The notes under the pieces are model-generated. The model worked only from the letters and a program-made list of their open reading frames with translations. It did not search any database and was not told the origin of the DNA. From Oikopleura dioica (Eukaryota > Animalia > Chordata): a stretch of DNA of 64,000 nt. Positions 61,766 to 64,000 of the stretch are shown here, piece after piece. The stretch covers positions 1,943,929 to 2,007,928 of the forward strand of contig OU015570.1 in assembly GCA_907165135.1 (NCBI GenBank). The letters run 5' to 3'. Position numbers and translations under genes: made by a program. How positions within the stretch are numbered: the first letter of the stretch is position 1; the number at the start of each line of letters is the position of its first letter.

Positions 61766-64000
61766 TAAAGGGGTTGTGTATACAAAGATCAGAATCTGCA
61801 TATACAGAATCTGCGTAAACAGAGTCTGCATATTCAGAATCTTCGGAAGATGAATACTACTTGATTTAATTTATCAAATCAATATATTTTTTTGACTTAC
61901 ATTCGGCCAAGAAAAATCAAATTCTGTTAACAGATTGTTTGTGATCATTATGGGAGGCAGTTTCTCGATTATTATCTATATGGACAAAAACTAAAATGCC
62001 TTTTACTTTAAGAAAAAATATATTGCAACAAAACTTTGATCTGAAATTGCTCACAAAAGGATAAGATATAATATACAAGGGAGATGATGAATTGTTGTCG
62101 TTTAACAATTTTTCTAATAACGATAAAGCTGCGCGTCTCAGTTGGTCCGCGAGATGACAAAGCCATCTTTTCAGTGTTATAATAAACAGTTATTTTCCTC
62201 TTTTGTGGACATTTTTGTACCAAATTATCAAAAAGATGTCCACGAAACTGGGCCCGAATCTTCGAAAAAATGTCTCTTCGTAATATGAAAGCTTTTTTGG
62301 TATTCCAATACCAAATTTTTGAGACAATTTGGATTTTTTGGAAATTATTTAAAACATTTCTTCAGTATCGTATAATACCGACTTTTAATTTCGAAAAATT
62401 GGCATTTTCTGCCGACTATGGTATTGGAATACCAAAATTGGTATGGGTACATTGTATACCTAGGCTTTGAATTAGAAAAATCGTCATTTTTTCTAGCTGT
62501 GCGGGGTTGTTTATTTCAGTGGAAGTGTAAGAACAGTGTCTAATTAGTCTTAAACCACTTTTAAAAGAAAAAAAAAATTGGGGAAAGACGATTTTCTGGG
62601 GGTCAAAATCGTGAAAATGGTGCATTTTCTAGTTTTTAGCTCCGCATTTCTTCGGCTCACCCCCTTTTCATATTTCTGGCACGATTACATGGAAGATGGA
62701 TCAATTTTTTTGCCACGCTGCGGCGCTCTTGTGCTAGCCTTAAAAATCCTCACCTCTTTCTTACTTTTGCTTAAGAGGAGACTCAATTAAAAAAATGATA
62801 AATTGGGGTGTTTTGTCCTGGTGGTGGTGTTATTACGTAATAATATTAAAGATTTCATAAAAATCAAACACGAATATAAAAATTTATTAAACAATAAATA
62901 AAATAAATAAGATTTTATTCTCCCGCAAGGCAATTCACTGAGCCGAAGGGACGAAAAATCGGTACTTTTGTACTTTAAAATTTTTTAAATTAAAATTTTG
63001 GACCAATTGAAAAAAGCTCGTTTCATATTTAAGATAAGCGTCTAAACTTTACTATAAAAAAGAATTTGGGGGGTTTTCTATGGTAACTTCAGAGGAGATC
63101 TCCTCTGAATATAGGCTTATTTCGCCGTTTTTGTCTGAGATGACAACTTTGAGCCACCTGCACGTGGCTTTTTTGTTTGAATTTCAATAAAAGCTCGTGT
63201 TAATCAGAAGATCTAGGATAGTTCTTTATTTTGAGCTATTGTACGCCTTCCCAGCATTTATAGGGCCGGAGGAGATCGCCTCTGCTTTGGACCTCTGCGC
63301 GTACCATACCCTTAATCGGCGCAAGTTAAATTGTAAGCGAGTCAAAGGTTAACTTCTTAAACCTTAGATGAAATTAAAAAACTTTTTACAGGAGAAATTT
63401 TGACATATATATTTTTTGGGCTCATTAGAAAGAGCGAAAAATTCTGAGCAGAATCTACTTCATCTGTAGGGGTTTTACTCTCTCTATCTCTTAGTATGCG
63501 AACAAATAATGACACGGTATTTCGAGGAAAAGAGTTAACTTTATTAGAGCTTTTGTTTGACCACAGGGTAAAATAGAGTGGTGAGGAAGGGTTAGCAGTG
63601 TCTCTTTATATAGTTTTTAGGCTTCCCATGGAATCTTCGAGTTGGCAGGGAAAGTAGAGTATTCAGCCGGCGGCGGAGCGTAGTAGGTGGTTGACAGAGC
63701 GTAGCTCGCTGGAACCAAGAGAAATTCCACGGGAACTGTAGCGCTTTTAGCGGGAAAAGTAAAATTGGGCACGCGGCGTCCAAGAATCGAGTCAGAACGT
63801 AAAATTGCCTCCGACGCGTAAAGCGAGCATTTTTGTAAAACACTTACATAATCCTTCCCCCTTTTATTAGAGCATTCGCTCCATGAACGCTTGATATTGA
63901 ATCGCGGAGAAACAGTGATCATGCATTGAAGACATCTTTTCAACCGATGAGAGAGCATCATATGGTGTGAGTGTCTTCTTATGAGAATTGTATGAGTATT

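Overview
Eukaryotic, transposon-dense window with very few host genes. Introns of 34-50 nt and env-carrying Ty3/gypsy (Tor-like) elements suggest an appendicularian tunicate such as Oikopleura; this is an inference. The centrepiece is a young LTR retrotransposon at 29754-47098 on the minus strand (17.3 kb, or 13.4 kb without a 3.9-kb internal tandem duplication). It has 393-bp LTRs differing at one position, a PBS, a PPT and gag-PR-RT-RNaseH-IN. In place of env it carries a cluster of at least five intron-containing accessory genes on both strands. Its LTRs end in CG rather than TG...CA, the apparent TSD is 3 bp, and it contains about 46 CACGTG sites. The window also holds two decayed Tor-like env elements, a rearranged tyrosine-recombinase element with no visible RT, and two candidate structured small-RNA genes sharing a 46-bp upstream element and TATA-like box. 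About 15 MITEs with readable TIRs/TSDs, hairpin minisatellites, two inverted duplications with the same 597-bp spacer and a host RING ORF complete the picture. All counts, alignments and splice models were done by hand.
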